From the human T2T-CHM13v2.0 reference genome, Homo sapiens, in the NCBI RefSeq assembly GCF_009914755.1, contig NC_060929.1: DNA of 64,000 nucleotides. The stretch is one strand, 5' to 3'. Below are positions 1-15,057 of the stretch, piece after piece; position 1 is the stretch's first letter, and each line of letters begins with the position of its first letter. A program made the position numbers and the translations under genes. The notes under the pieces were generated by a model. That model was not told where the DNA came from, ran no database searches, and saw nothing but the letters and a program-made list of their open reading frames with translations.

Positions 1-146
1 AGTAGGTGCTCCATAGACGCCAGCTCCCTGTTCTCTTTACGCTCCCTCTTTTTATTTGCGAGCTGTAGAAACGCCTTCCTGATTTAAAATTTAATGCTCC
101 AAGTCCAGGAGTCATCTGCACATTTCCCTGCTTCGTCCTCAAAGAG

Positions 147-1020
147 TTGCGGGTCATCAAACCACGGGGCCGAAATTCGGAGCAGAGTGGGTTTGCCCTC
201 CGCGCAGTGCGACACCCCCTACCGCATAAGCTAACTTGCGGATCTCCCCCAGCTCCCTGGGCCTCAGCCCTTTACCCCCGCCTTGCACAACAGCCCCAGC
301 GATTCCTCCACCTCCCTCTCCATCGGGTGTCCTTTAATAATAAATGCCCTTATGCCATTACATTATATTGTGGGTTTTGAAAATTTAAAATACGGCTGAT
401 GCAATATTAATTGCCTATAGTGGTATAAAACACAGGGCAGGAGCCCAGCCGGGCTGCAGAGGAGACAACCGTGAGCGTCCCGCGCCGAAGCGAAGCGCTC
501 CAGAAGGACGCGCTTTTGCGGGCTGCAAGGTTTCCTGCAGGTAAGAAGAGCCTTCGCATGTTCGGGCTCTGGAGAGAACCGGAAATCTGCCTCCATCCTC
601 TTTTCGAAAAGTTCTCTGCCGTTATTTATTTAGTCTTTTTTTTTCTTTTAATTGACAACTGCAAAAGTTTGGGAGACTTTTACGGAGAGGATGAGAGGAG
701 CTGCCTCCTGAGCGCAAGGTCTGCTCCAAGACGGTCCAGTAGCACTAGGTCCAGTCTCCGAGCCATGCCTCTGAGCCTAGTCTTCTTCAGGCGCCTGAGA
801 CGGTGATGCGCAGGAGTATTTTCACCAGTTCCTACGTGCAGGCCGGAGCTGCAGCCCGGTCAGCGAAGCGCTCCACCCTTTCCCTCCTCCTGAGTGCGCC
901 GGAACGGCGCCGTCGCCTCACTCTTCGGCTTGCTTCAGGAAGCAACTGGAGATGTGGTTTCCCCAGGATTGTGTAGTCGCCTTTGCCACTCGTCTGGCGG
1001 AGGCACAGACCTCTCGGGGG
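147..1020. promoter_or_regulatory. CpG-island-like block 1
   Basis: High CpG retention (cgcgccgaagcgaagcgc, ggcgccgtcgcc) outside any repeat, in an otherwise CpG-depleted window. Confidence 0.75.
424..546 (+). promoter_or_regulatory. Candidate TATA promoter and short first exon ending in a splice donor
   Basis: TATAAAA at 424-430 followed by GC-rich sequence; CAG|GTAAGA donor at 540/541. Confidence 0.35.
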
Positions 1021-1994
1021 AGGGGAGGTGGTACTAGCAGGTCTGGGGTTTACACAAGGCTAGTATGCATCCGAACCGTGTGACCTTGGACAAGTCATAT
1101 CGCCTCTCTAAGCCTCTGCTGCCAGCTGTAAAACTTCCCCAAATTTATTTTGAAGAGTAATTGAGGGTGTTTCCTAAGATCACCTGGAGCAGGTTTTCAT
1201 TTTCCTAATTCTGTCAGCTTGCAACACGTACGGTCCAAGACTCAGCTGAGAGTTTCTTTAACTTGTACCAAGAGAAAGTGAAGTCAGTATTTGGGGGTGT
1301 TTGCATGGAAACCTGCATCGGGCCTCCGGAGGGTGGGACTTTGAGAACTACCTGGCTGGAACAGGGGCTTCATCTAGAATGAGCTAGGCATACACATTCC
1401 AGCATGACTAAAGCCCTGGTAGGCAGAACTTGGTGGCAGGAGTCCTGGGCTCCTGAACGGTGTTATCTCTGGCCAGCGACTTCCTCTCTGTGTGCCTAAG
1501 TAGTCTCAGTTTTGTTCACTACTTCATGTCCAGCACTCTGCTCAAGGTCTGGCCTAGAGTGGCAGACACTAGATGTCTGTTGAATGAATGAATTAGGTTT
1601 TTGTTTTGTAAAATGAAAGCACCCCTTCCAGCCGAATCCCCTCTGGATTCAAGGGACTGTAGGGAGGAACAGAGCCATCAGGGATAGGCAAGTCTCCCTG
1701 GGAATGGGGATCGGGGCAAGGCGGTGGTCTGCATCACAGGCTTTCATTCAAGGTAGCCAGTGTCCTTCTTGTTTAAATAGAAGAGACTGTGCTTCACCCT
1801 TTGGTGGTTATGGGTACACAGGGGATGCTCTGTGACATGGCCCTTGGAACCTAGAGGAAGAGCCAGGGAGGGGGGACCAGGGAGTGACCGCTGCCCTGCC
1901 CAGTGTGCCTGACGTTTGAGTTCCAGTTCTTTTACTGTCCTCCTGAGATGGAAACAGCTCCGGCTCTGGAATGGACACACCTGGGGTGGAATAA

Positions 1995-2150
1995 CTGCTC
2001 CATCTCTTACTTAAGTGACCTTACTGCTCTGACCCTCAGTGTCCTCATCTGTAAAACTGGAAAAACTGGAAAAAAGACTCTCTCAGGATTGCTCTGATGA
2101 TTAAATGAGATCACGTAAGGCCAGGGCCTGACACATAGTAGGCATTAATA
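1995..2150 (+). mobile_element. MIR SINE
   Basis: MIR core ctcagtgtcctcatctgtaaaa ... gattaaatgaga ... cctgacacatagtagg. Confidence 0.7.
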
Positions 2151-2289
2151 GATATTTCGTTGCTTTAAAACATTTTTTGTACTCAGAAAAGTGAAGGCAC
2201 TGTTGTGGGGCAAGTTCAGGGCTTGGAGTCAAGTGGAATCAACATTTTCCCTCTGTGAGCCACAGTCTGGTCAGGGTAGCAGTGCCTAT

Positions 2290-2690
2290 CAGCTCTCGGA
2301 GTGGTTGTCACGGGCAAGACGGAAGCTTAAAAGAAACCGCTTTGCACACTGTGCGTCCCAGCTACGCAAGGAACGAAGTATTCTCTCCCTGGGAGTGCCT
2401 GGTGCGAATACATAGCTCCCACTGAGAAGCTTGGCCCCGGTCAGCGGCTCCAGGAGCCCGGAACCTCCTCCCTGGCGGAATCCCGGGCACCATTCAGCCT
2501 TTTCGAAGGCTCCAGACTTCGCGCTGCTCCTCCTCCCGAGGAGGGGCGGGGCGCCAGAGGGCAAAGGAGAAGCAAGGGTCTTGGACTCCTCCTCCTTCCC
2601 AGCGAACATCCCTTCCCCGCCCTGTTCCCACTTTTTGGCCCCGGCGCCAGAATGTTTGAGCCGAAGGGGCAGAACGCCTAAAAGCCGTGT
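2290..2690. promoter_or_regulatory. CpG-island-like block 2 with GC box
   Basis: CpG-rich; ggggcggggc (Sp/KLF GC box) near 2543-2552. Confidence 0.65.
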
Positions 2691-2728
2691 TTGTTTATTT
2701 ATTTATTTATTTATTTATTTTTATTTTT
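2690..2728. repeat. (TTTA)n microsatellite
   Basis: Directly visible. Confidence 0.9.
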
Positions 2729-2999
2729 TAAATCGAAGAAGGCAGTGAGGCCTAGAGAGCAGGACGGACTTAGCTGGCTCCTTTTACCTAAAACAGCTCT
2801 TCTCCAATCACGTTATCACACCGCCCGTTTTATTTCTTTCCTAGTCTTTAAGACTGCCTGATAGCACCTACCCAGTTCACCCCTGCCTCCCTGAACTCAA
2901 CGCAGGGCCTCGCACAGAACAAGCGCTCTACAAATGTTTGCTGGATAAATGACTAGTGATGATATCTAAAACGTATGGCGGGATTCCCCTATGCGAGGT

Positions 3000-3190
3000 A
3001 CTGTTCCAAGCGCTTTAGCGCATTCGTTTGTTAATTCCTAAACAACACCATGAGTAGGTACAATTTTTAATTCCATTTTACAGATGAGAACATGGAGGCA
3101 TGGAGAGTTTATGTAACTTGCCCAGGACAAGTCATGAACACAGCCATTTAGTGGAGAGACCTGGCAAAAACCCGGTGCCTTTGCTTCTTC
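3000..3190 (-). mobile_element. MIR SINE
   Basis: ccattttacagatgagaa...gaggca..gagag..taacttgcccagg (antisense MIR core). Confidence 0.7.
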
Positions 3191-3219
3191 CGTTCTCAAG
3201 TGAGATCACCTCTGGCTGG

Positions 3220-3965
3220 GGTGGGGAAGCGGACCGCCTGGGAGTGAAGGAGGAGCAGGTGAGTCCGATTTGGCACCAGATTAGGCAGCGCGAGCAGAGG
3301 AGGTGGTGGGAGCCGAGAACGCCCGCTGTCCTCGCCGGGCTTCGGAGCCTCCACGCCTTTGTGTCCCGCGCGCCACTCGCGTCTCCCGTCCTGTCTGTGT
3401 GCGTCTGTTCGCGTGTCTCTCACTCAGCCCCTCTTAGCTTCCCTCCAGCCTCGCGGGCGCGAAACTCTGGCCCCCATGTGCCGGAGCGAGGGGGCCCGCG
3501 TCCCCGGGCGCGCGCAGAGTCGCCTTCCCCTCTTTCCTCTCTTCCGCAGAGCGGCGGGAGCCCCCGCGGTAACCCCGCCCCGGCGGGCAGACGGAGCCAG
3601 CGAGGACCCCGGCGGACAAATTAGTCTCCCCTTCGATCGCTCTTTTCCGATCAAGTCAGGTTTCCCCTGTTCCCCCGACGGCGCTTCCGCACTAGCGCGA
3701 CTCCCAGGGCTCCCCGGCTGGGTCAGGGTTCGCCCGCTCCTCCCGGCGCCTCCGGATAGGGGCTTCCCTTCGGCTGCGTCCCGGCCTGAGGAGTCCCCTG
3801 GACCGCGGGAGGGGCGATTGCCGGGTCCGCGCGGCTCAGAATCCTCCCCACGCGTTGCTTATACCTTTCTTTGTAAACTGTCAGATTTCTGCCCCCTCCC
3901 TCAGTTCAGCCCTGCGCAGCCTTGCCTGCCACTGGAGGCAAACTGGGACAGAAACTGCGCTCGCT
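3220..3965. promoter_or_regulatory. CpG island 3 (strongest in window)
   Basis: About 700 bp, very GC- and CpG-rich (cccgggcgcgcgc, ccccgcggtaaccccgccccggcggg); no repeat motifs. Confidence 0.85.
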
Positions 3966-4020
3966 CTCTTTTTATAGACTGTATATGTAATTTAATATTT
4001 AAAAGATTTTGAGTTTTAGG

Positions 4021-4023
<3 letters not shown>

Positions 4024-4070
<47 letters not shown>
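4024..4070. repeat. (CA)n microsatellite
   Basis: About 23 perfect dinucleotide units. Confidence 0.97.
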
Positions 4071-4072
<2 letters not shown>

Positions 4073-4399
4073 TTCAAGTGTTCATCCTGGGAAAAGTCAG
4101 ATTTTTGTTGGACTTCTTTATAGATATTTAGCATTTAATATTATTTTTACTTTGAATTAAATGGGGTGGGAGGCACCACCGTAATTTCATTGGGGTCTCT
4201 GGCCGAATCCCTTCTCTAATTTCACCATCTTTCTTTCCCCCACTTTCCTTCCCGCTCCCTCCCAAAACACACATCAGTCCTGCTCCAAATCCCAACATCC
4301 GTGCCTGTGACAGAGCCTCCCCCAAGGCCTGAGGCTTAGCTAGGCTGCTCACCTCTTGGCAGATATAGTTAATGTCCAGCCCTCATAAATCAAGACCAT

Positions 4400-4700
4400 A
4401 AAAAGCTTACTTTCATATGCACTCAATTTCTACCAAACCTAAACTAATTGCATAAATTCCTTTAGGCCACTCAGAGCTGCTCTCTGGGTTGGGATCTGAT
4501 CAATTAGTCATTAGGCACTCCATTAGCTGGGGTTTAAGCTGCCTCATATAAATGTCTCCTGTCAATTTGCTTGTAATTGAATAAATAAAAAGGGTATAAT
4601 TATTAGCACAGAGGATCAAAATAAGGAGAGGTCAATTTTATTCAAATATCCTTAAAATGTCTTAATCTAATAATCATCTAATAATAATAATTAGAAGGCA
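4400..4700. promoter_or_regulatory. Candidate developmental enhancer (homeodomain-site cluster)
   Basis: Repeat-free; CTAATTG 4444, CAATTAG/CATTAG x3 at 4501-4526, CTGTCA 4559, TAATTG, TAATTA. Confidence 0.5.
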
Positions 4701-4899
4701 TTTACACACCAGCCACTCCAAAAGTCCCTGACCATGTTAAGGAAAGCTCTGGGCTGAGACACAACCAAGTGTGTACATCTAAAGTCTGTCACCTTGATAG
4801 TAGTATCTCCTCCCCTTGGAGCCTCAGTTTCTTTACCTGTAAAGCCAGTTGGTTAGAGGTGATTTTCTTTTCTGATTTTATATAGATGCATTTTATGTA

Positions 4900-5300
4900 T
4901 GGTCAAATTAATTTATGCATGTCATTTAAAAATGGAATAATACAGAAGGGCAATTTGACCATCCCCCACCCTCAACCATTTTTAGTTGCTTCTTCTGGTA
5001 GTGAATTGCATGTCTAAATAATGTATCTTTGGCACTATTTCTTTTCTCAAAATTCGAGGTTTGTTTATTAATACTTTAATTAAATAATACATGATTCAAA
5101 TTCAAAAGAACTAAAAGATTTGCCATGAAAAGTCTTTCTTCTTCCTTGACCCAAGTCACTCAGTTCTCTTTGTTGAAGGTAAACAACATTGTCAGTTTCT
5201 TATGTATATTCCAGAGATATTTTATTGGCTGCCATTTCTTGATTTGTCATTCTTAGTCATTCTGTTTTAACTTCTTGCTATGATATCAGAAAATTAGGGA
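4900..5300 (-). mobile_element. Old L1 (L1ME-like) fragment
   Basis: T-rich with motif gtcagtttcttatgtatattccagagatatttta typical of antisense L1ME 3' ends. Confidence 0.45.
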
Positions 5301-5402
5301 TATAATAATCTTGAATATTCTTTCCACACCAGGGATCATAGGAAGTTTTATATAAAATCAATAATTAAAAAAATGAATTCAGTGGGCAGTTGAAAATTCT
5401 GA

Positions 5403-5694
<292 letters not shown>

Positions 5695-6070
5695 AAATTC
5701 TGATTTTTTTTAACTAACAATTAATTTGGAGGTGCAGACGTCATAATGTATAAAAACTGCCTACTCATAAAGAGGGTTTATATGTTGATTTGAGTTCTAT
5801 CCCACCTCCTTCTGAATAGAATTCAAAGCAGCCTATCTGTTATTGCTATGGAATTAGACACTATATTTATAGTGGAGGTACCTTTATCTACTGGATGCTT
5901 CAGTGCATATGGTACTTAGTTTAACTACATTTCCTTAAAAATCTCTTTGCTCCTTCATCTCCACCAAGTAAGCCCACTTCTCTAGTGAGGGGAGTTTTCC
6001 TTTGGTGTACACAGCTATGACAGGGCTGGGGAAAACATTGATGACATCACTTAATAATTCACACCTAGGT

Positions 6071-6380
<310 letters not shown>

Positions 6381-6679
6381 ATAATTCACCAAGGGTTGGG
6401 ATTGAGCACCAGACTCCAGACTGCAGAAACTCCAGCTGAGCACCCACGTGGGAGGGAGCCGAGGGCCTCGGAATCTTTGACAGAACTCCAAGGTGGTGAT
6501 CTTGACTTACTGCTGGGAGAGATACAAGGAGCCACTGTTCCTGGGCTTGGGTTGATTTGTTTTGAGCCCTACATACCCCTTCAGTGAATTCCTCTTGTAG
6601 CAAAAAACATGGGTTGGAAGAGAGTGAGCTCAGGGAAACAGAATCATGTCGGATGAGAATACAAATACACAGGCCTGCT

Positions 6680-6820
6680 GGTGTAGTGAGAAAGAATATA
6701 GAATATACACAAAGAGATCTGAGTTCTAGGCTTTACTCTGTTCTGTTTGATCTTGGCAAGTCTATTCACTTCTCAGTGGCTCAGTTTCCTCAACTCTAAC
6801 TTGAAGAAATCGAACTAGAT
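6680..6820 (+). mobile_element. MIR SINE
   Basis: tgatcttggcaagtctattcacttctcagtggctcagtttcctca. Confidence 0.65.
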
Positions 6821-7000
6821 AGTTCAGTAGTTCAAAGTTGGTGAGGACTCATGGAATCCCTTGAAAATTTGAAGAAAACTGTGTCCCTAACCCAGAAATA
6901 AATGCACCTTTGTGCACTCAAAATTTTTGCTAACTTGTAGAAGTCATGGATCCCCTGACTCAACCCATAAATTCCTGGGTCCCAGGTTAGGAGCCCCCAA
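6820..7000. mobile_element. hAT-Charlie-like DNA transposon fragment
   Basis: Resembles the reverse of the element at 17950-18120 (atcccttgaaaatttgaagaaaactg...ccaggttaggagccc). Confidence 0.35.
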
Positions 7001-7859
7001 AACTAGGCAAACTAAAGGGCTTTCTTTATGTGACCATCCAAATTTAGGGTCAAATACTTATAAGCACTGAACCAGTTTAGCAAACAGGGAAGAATTTTAC
7101 TGAAGGCAAAAATAAAGTGCCAATTAGATGATGAGCCAATTGCCAATAAGGACTCCAGATGGCTTTGACAAAATTATTTTTCAGATCAATAGTCTCCGAA
7201 GAGACAGCATGGTGGAGTGAAAAAAGCACCACATCAGGGGTCATAAGCTAGGTTAAAATTTTTTTAACCGGTTCTGCCAACAGGCAGAATTGAGATTTTG
7301 AGCTGGGACTTCCCTGCCCTAGCCCTTCTTTCCCTAATGGTAAAATGAGAGGGTTGAACCAGACGATCTCTGAGGCTGCCAGCTGTAGCATTATGTGAGC
7401 TAATGAGCATAGACACTGGGATGTCTTATGTTTATATTTATTTTGGCTTATTTTATTTTTCTATTTTGTTTGTGAAAAGATAGTTGTACAATCCAAGTAG
7501 AGCTGGGAGAAGGGCTATCAAGTATGCTATCTCTTGGGTTCCCAGAATTCAGGCTTCTAAGATCATTGGCAGAAACGAGATCCCCCAAATCATTACGCGC
7601 CATTGAAAAAATAAAAATACTCACAGTTTGTAAGTTTAAAAATAAATGGCAGGGTGGGTAGGTGAGGTGGGGTAAAATTAAAACATTTTGTTAGACTAAA
7701 TAGTCCTGGCTTAGCCAAGCTGGTTTATCAGTAGGTCTAGAGAGACCCAGCCCCATCAGTAGGTCTGGGGGCAGAGGGACTGTGGTTTGTTGTGGGCTGG
7801 GCAAAGTAGTACCCAAACCTGCCCCAGCTCTGGCTGGAGTCCACAGACAAGAAAATGCT

Positions 7860-8175
<316 letters not shown>

Positions 8176-8889
8176 GCTAACCAGACCACTTGTTCTCTGC
8201 TCTCAGACCTTCATTTTTCTATCCTCCTGACTTGTGTTAATATTTGCAGCTGTGAGCTCATTCAGCCTTTGGGGTCTGAGTTACTGGTCAGATTGCCCAG
8301 GTAAAATGATTAAAACTTGGATTACCTTCAATTCTTCCATCCCCAACTCTCCAGAACTTCTGTCTGTTCTATGCTTTTTACTTCTTAGTTGTTTTTGCCT
8401 TTGGCATTTTACTACCGCTTATGGCTTTGTGTAGGATGGCCCAATCTCTTCTATTAATTGTGTTAGGTTAATGAGGGAAGACCTGTATTTCTTGGACTGT
8501 AACAGTAGGGTTTTTCCATCACAAGAGGGGCTTTAATAATATTGACTCAAATATTTTATGTTATCACCGTTAGACGTATGAAATCCTAGCATGTGAGCTG
8601 GGAAGAGTTCTTAGAGATCCTCTCACTGGAAAATATGACATTGCAGTTCTAGGGACCCAGGTATCTATATTTTTCACAATCTCCCTGCAAAAAATTATGA
8701 TTTCTTGCCCAGAGTGAGGAAAAGTTTTCTTATAAGTATTGTTTTTTCAACCAAAGTGCCTTACATTGGAGTCTGGGTATATACTCTGAAACACAAATCT
8801 TATGTCAATTTTTATTTCATTAAAGGTGGTATATATTTTGCATTCCATGTCAACAACACATCTCTGACTGTTTTGCCAAACATGGACGT

Positions 8890-9250
8890 GAGCTTGACAG
8901 CTTGGACTGCTGTAACAAATAGCACAAGCAAGGTGGCTTAAACAACGGTTTATTCCTCACAGTTCTGGAGGCTGCTAAGTTAAAGATTAAGGTGGCCACA
9001 TATTCGATGTCTGGCAAGGGCCCTTTTCTTGGTTTACAGATGGCCACCTTCTCACTGTGTCCTCACGTGGCCAAGAGAAGGAGAGACCATTTCTCTCATG
9101 TCTCTTCTTCAAAGGGCACGAACACAATTCATGAGAGTCCATCCTTATGACCTAATTACCTCCCACAGGCCCCAACTACAAATACCATCACACTGGGGAT
9201 TGGAGCTTCAACATATTAATTTTGGGGGTACACAAACATTCAGTCTACGA
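8890..9250 (-). mobile_element. MLT1A-like MaLR LTR
   Basis: gctgtaacaaa..ggtggcttaaacaac..ctcacagttctggaggct ... ggggtacacaaacattcagtc. Confidence 0.8.
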
Positions 9251-9607
9251 GCTTGTGTGTGTGCACATCCACACACTACTGTGTGTCATGGAGTAGATTG
9301 ATGCAGTATTCAGAACCTTTGGTTACAACCGCAGTTCTGCACACTGACATGTGGCTCATAAGAACAAGTAGCCCAATTTGGAAATAAATTCTAATGCAAC
9401 AGTTTTGTTGTAGGGCAAAGATGATAACTAAAAGGAATTTAGTTAATATGTGGTAAATAACAATAAAACGACTTTTCTACCAATCACTTTAGGAGAACAG
9501 CTATTTAACAAATATTTGAACTTGAGTCAGTGAATGAGTTGTTCTTGCTTACTATCCTCCTCATGACACCCTGTCCCTCAAAAGGCGAAGGAAAGAAATG
9601 AATTTTA

Positions 9608-10028
9608 TTTCATTTTTCTTTTGGAGACAGGATCTCATTCTGTCTCCCAGGCTGGGGTGTTGTGGCATGATTGTAGCTCACTGCAGCCTTTAGAAGAGCT
9701 GAGCACTTCTAAAGATCTTTATTTGACCCAACATAAAATAAATAGAATGACTAAAATGATTATGAGGCCGATCATGCTTGTAATCCCAGCACTTTGGGAG
9801 GCTGGGGCGGGTGAATCACCTGGGGTCAGGAGTTCAAGACCAGCCTGGCCAACAGGGCGAAACCCAGTCTCTACTAAAAATACAAAAATTAGCCAGGCAT
9901 GGTGGTGGGCGCCTGTAATCCCTGCAGTGCATAGCTCACTGCAGCCTCAAGCTCCTGGCCTCAAGTGATCCTCCCACCTTGCCCTCCCTACGTGTTGAGA
10001 TTACAGGTGTGAGCCACCGTAACTTGCC
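9608..10028 (-). mobile_element. Old monomeric (FAM/FRAM/AluJ-like) Alu interrupted by a 225-bp templated insertion
   Basis: Antisense Alu halves at 9608-9689 and 9932-10028; degraded TSD aagaaatgaatttta / aagaaaggagtttta. Confidence 0.85.
9698..9922 (+). repeat. Local duplicate of 12182-12402 (68 bp unique flank plus 5' part of an Alu)
   Basis: Unique flank matches 66/68; shares the donor Alu's private 5' deletion. Confidence 0.95.
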
Positions 10029-10776
10029 AAGAAAGGAGTTTTAAAAGGTATGCAGTGTTCATATATTCAAAATACTTCCCTTTCTAAAATGTTTTATATA
10101 CCTATGTAAAGTGTATGTATTATATTACACATTTTATAAATTAGGCACCAGGAAGTTAAATAACTTGTCAAGTCAAACAACGAATAAATGCTAGAACCTA
10201 GGAGTTAAAACCAGAATGGTCTGCCTTGAGAGTGGTGTCAAGCTTACTCCTGTAGAAGAAAATGGACTTGTGTTTTTAAGGCCGAAATCTGAAGGGCTTT
10301 TATGTGAAAGAAGGCTTACTTTTGTTTTATGGGGCCCCAGGGGTGTAGCTAGATAGGAAATAAGTCACAGAGAGAAAAAGATTTCAGCTCCTTTCAAGGA
10401 AGAAGGCTCTGGCAGTCGACACAGTTGAAGGCGAGGGCCGTGCTGTGAGCCCGTGTCTGAGGATTTGAGCAGAGATTCTAGTGAGTTATACTGTCAGGGA
10501 GAGTGGGGGCAGCGAGATGACATCTCTTTCCATCCTGAGAGCTGATGCTGCTATAAATGATTGTTCATTCCTAGAGCCCACTGGTGTAAAATATAAAGGT
10601 ACTAGCTCATCAAAAAAACTTACAACTTCCTTAAAGTAGCATGGAATATAAATATTATTTTAATAGTTTTACTTTTTCAATTTGTCTTTGGAATACCAAG
10701 ATATAGATTTAAAGTTGATACTGATAAAAATATTAGGTTCTGTTCCTTTATCAACTTACTATATTAGAAAAACTCA

Positions 10777-11050
<274 letters not shown>

Positions 11051-11229
11051 GCAAAGCAAAACAAAAAAATTCAAATACTTTTCAGTCTATAGTGTTAGCA
11101 TAGGGAGAACTGAAGACTTCAGAGGAAATGTCACTGTCATTTAAAAATGGTTTTGTGGAGTAGGAACTAGATTGAGGGCCTTCATTGCCTTTTGTCTGCT
11201 GGCCTGGCTTTATCTTCTCTCCCACTTTT

Positions 11230-11475
<246 letters not shown>

Positions 11476-11611
11476 CAGTTTTGCCCCCTTGTCTCCTTTT
11501 TCCTGATCACAGAGTGTCATAGTGCTTGCGAAGCTTACTGACTATTTTTAGTTTTTCATTTGAGCCTTTGAGTATCCAGAAGCAACAGGCTATACAGAAA
11601 GCTCTAAAATA

Positions 11612-11940
11612 GGCCGGTCGCAGTGGTTCATACCTGTAATCCCAGCAATTTGGGAGGCCGAGGCAGGCAGATCACTTGAGGCCAGGAGTTTGAGACCAGC
11701 CTGGCCACTATGGTGAAACCCCTTCTCTACTAAAAATACAAAATTTAGCCAGGTGTGGTGGTGCACACCTATAGTCCCAGCTACTCAGGAGGCTGAGGCA
11801 TGAGAATTGCTTGAACTGGGAGGAGGCAGAGGTTGCAGTGAGCGGAGATTGCGTCACTGCACTCCAGCCTGGGCAACAGAGTGAGGCTCCGTCTCAAAAA
11901 AAAAAAAAAAAAAAAGAAAAGAAAAAGAAAAGAAAGAAAG
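11612..11940 (+). mobile_element. Alu (AluS-type)
   Basis: Full Alu; TSD agaaagctctaa. Confidence 0.95.
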
Positions 11941-12249
11941 AAAGCTCTAAGACAGGGCTTAATCACATAAACTCAGCCTAAACATACACTTAGGGTACTT
12001 GCAAGGCGAAAATACCCAAAATAAGAAAAGGTGCTTTGGAAGTCTTCACTATTTGGTGTTAAGAAAAAAAGCATCCTAGTAATCAAATTCAGAATTGTGC
12101 TGGGCCTCCTCTCCTGTATTTTATGTTGTAGTATTTTTGTTTTTAATTACATACAGGGGAAAGGATAACAAAGTATTTGATGCTGAGCACTTCTAAAGAT
12201 CTTCATTTGACCCAACATAAAATAAATAGAATGATTAAAATGATTATGA

Positions 12250-12537
<288 letters not shown>

Positions 12538-12559
12538 TTATGAATACCCTGAAGTGCAC

Positions 12560-13570
<1,011 letters not shown>

Positions 13571-15057
13571 TTTTTTTTCTAGCACAAGTTGACTGAAGAA
13601 CTGAAGAAAAATGGTTTGCTTCTGATTTATGTGTAGATAGCTGGCTTCCTCAGAAACAGCCATGGTCTGGAAATATAATGAGTTAATTCAATAAAGCTTA
13701 CATTACTCTGCTCTGTGTTAGGCCCTGCTCAAGGTGCTGGAAACTCAGAGGAGAATTTGATATTCAGCCTCTGCCTGCATGAAGCTTATACTCAAATTGG
13801 ACACTAGTGGTACCTCATTTCCTAGGATTCAGCACCAATTTATGTGCTGATCAGTTAACCTTATCTTGACCTCTCTATAATGTTTGGGAACGAGTCCCAA
13901 CCTTTCTAAATATGCCTGTTAGCATACTATGTAACCTATAGTGATATCCTCCTTTCTTCCCCATTTCCTCTTCAGGGAGAAAAGTTATGGAGCTAAAGAG
14001 ACAGAAAATAGTCTCCAAAGCCCTGTGATTTAGCGTAACATCAGGTGACACCAAGTTATGGAACTTGACTTTTTTTTTTTTTTTTTTTTTATGACAAGAG
14101 GAAGTTAACAACTGGAGAGGAAGGTGTGTGTTCCTGGCAACCAAACTAGACCACTTCACTAATGGAGCCACTCCCTCTGTCTCCCTGCTGGCTACCAACT
14201 GCATGGATGAAGCTTTCCCATGGCCTTCCTCTTTGTACATGGAGTGTTAAGACAGAAGCACATCTTCTCCAGAACAAACCGATTGCTGACCTGTATGTAG
14301 CTGGACTCCTCAGAGTTGAAACCCGGTCCCCTATGGTTTCAAAAGGTGGGAGGGGTATAAGAAGAGCTGCCTCTTCTCTGAAGGATGAGAGATTTGATGC
14401 CAACAAAGGAATGGTCACAGGCTGTGTTCTCCGACCAAGAAGGATATAGAGTTAGAAACTAGGCCATGCTTGTGTTATTCCCAAGAGTCAGAGCAGGACT
14501 CCTGTATTTTTAATTTGTTTTGAAAATCGACGTTATATGTCTACAGAGTTTGAAGATTCGAATAGTTTAGCAAGGCTTGGTATGAAAAAGAACTATCCTT
14601 CAGCCTTCCTCCTCTCATCCCTGGATTCTTCAAGGCAATCACATTCGACTATTTTAGCTGGTTCTTTTGATATTAATCTTATTATCACTAAATGTCATGT
14701 TTATGTCATTACTTCTTGATCATTCAGTTGTAGGCATTTTATTCACTTTCCTTTAATAAAGATGAGGAGAGTTCTCTCTTTCATTCCCTACCCTGATTCC
14801 CATCTCCTCACCATTCCAATATAGTCAAATCTTAATTTTGGTTATATTAATATTCAGTGTTCATGTTTTCTGTGCAAGCAACATTTACTGCTGAGTCATG
14901 TAAAATGCTATAGTTGCTTTTCCTTTGCTGCATGATATTTAATTTTTCTGGGAATTAATAATTAGGGCTTTTAATATTTGTTTTGTTTTTTTTGTATGCT
15001 TGTTATTAATTAACCCCAAACACTCACCATTTATGTAAATCTCCTCTCAAGACTTTC

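Noticed and set aside
3100-4012. Longest ORFs (174 aa and 217 aa)
   Set aside because: Pro/Arg/Gly/Ser-rich, open in several frames on both strands because of CpG-island composition; no recognisable domain
14070-14460. Poly-T run followed by unique sequence with ORFs, as a possible processed pseudogene on the minus strand
   Set aside because: No TSD, no polyadenylation signal and no recognisable protein; more likely an old LTR or unique DNA with an A-tract
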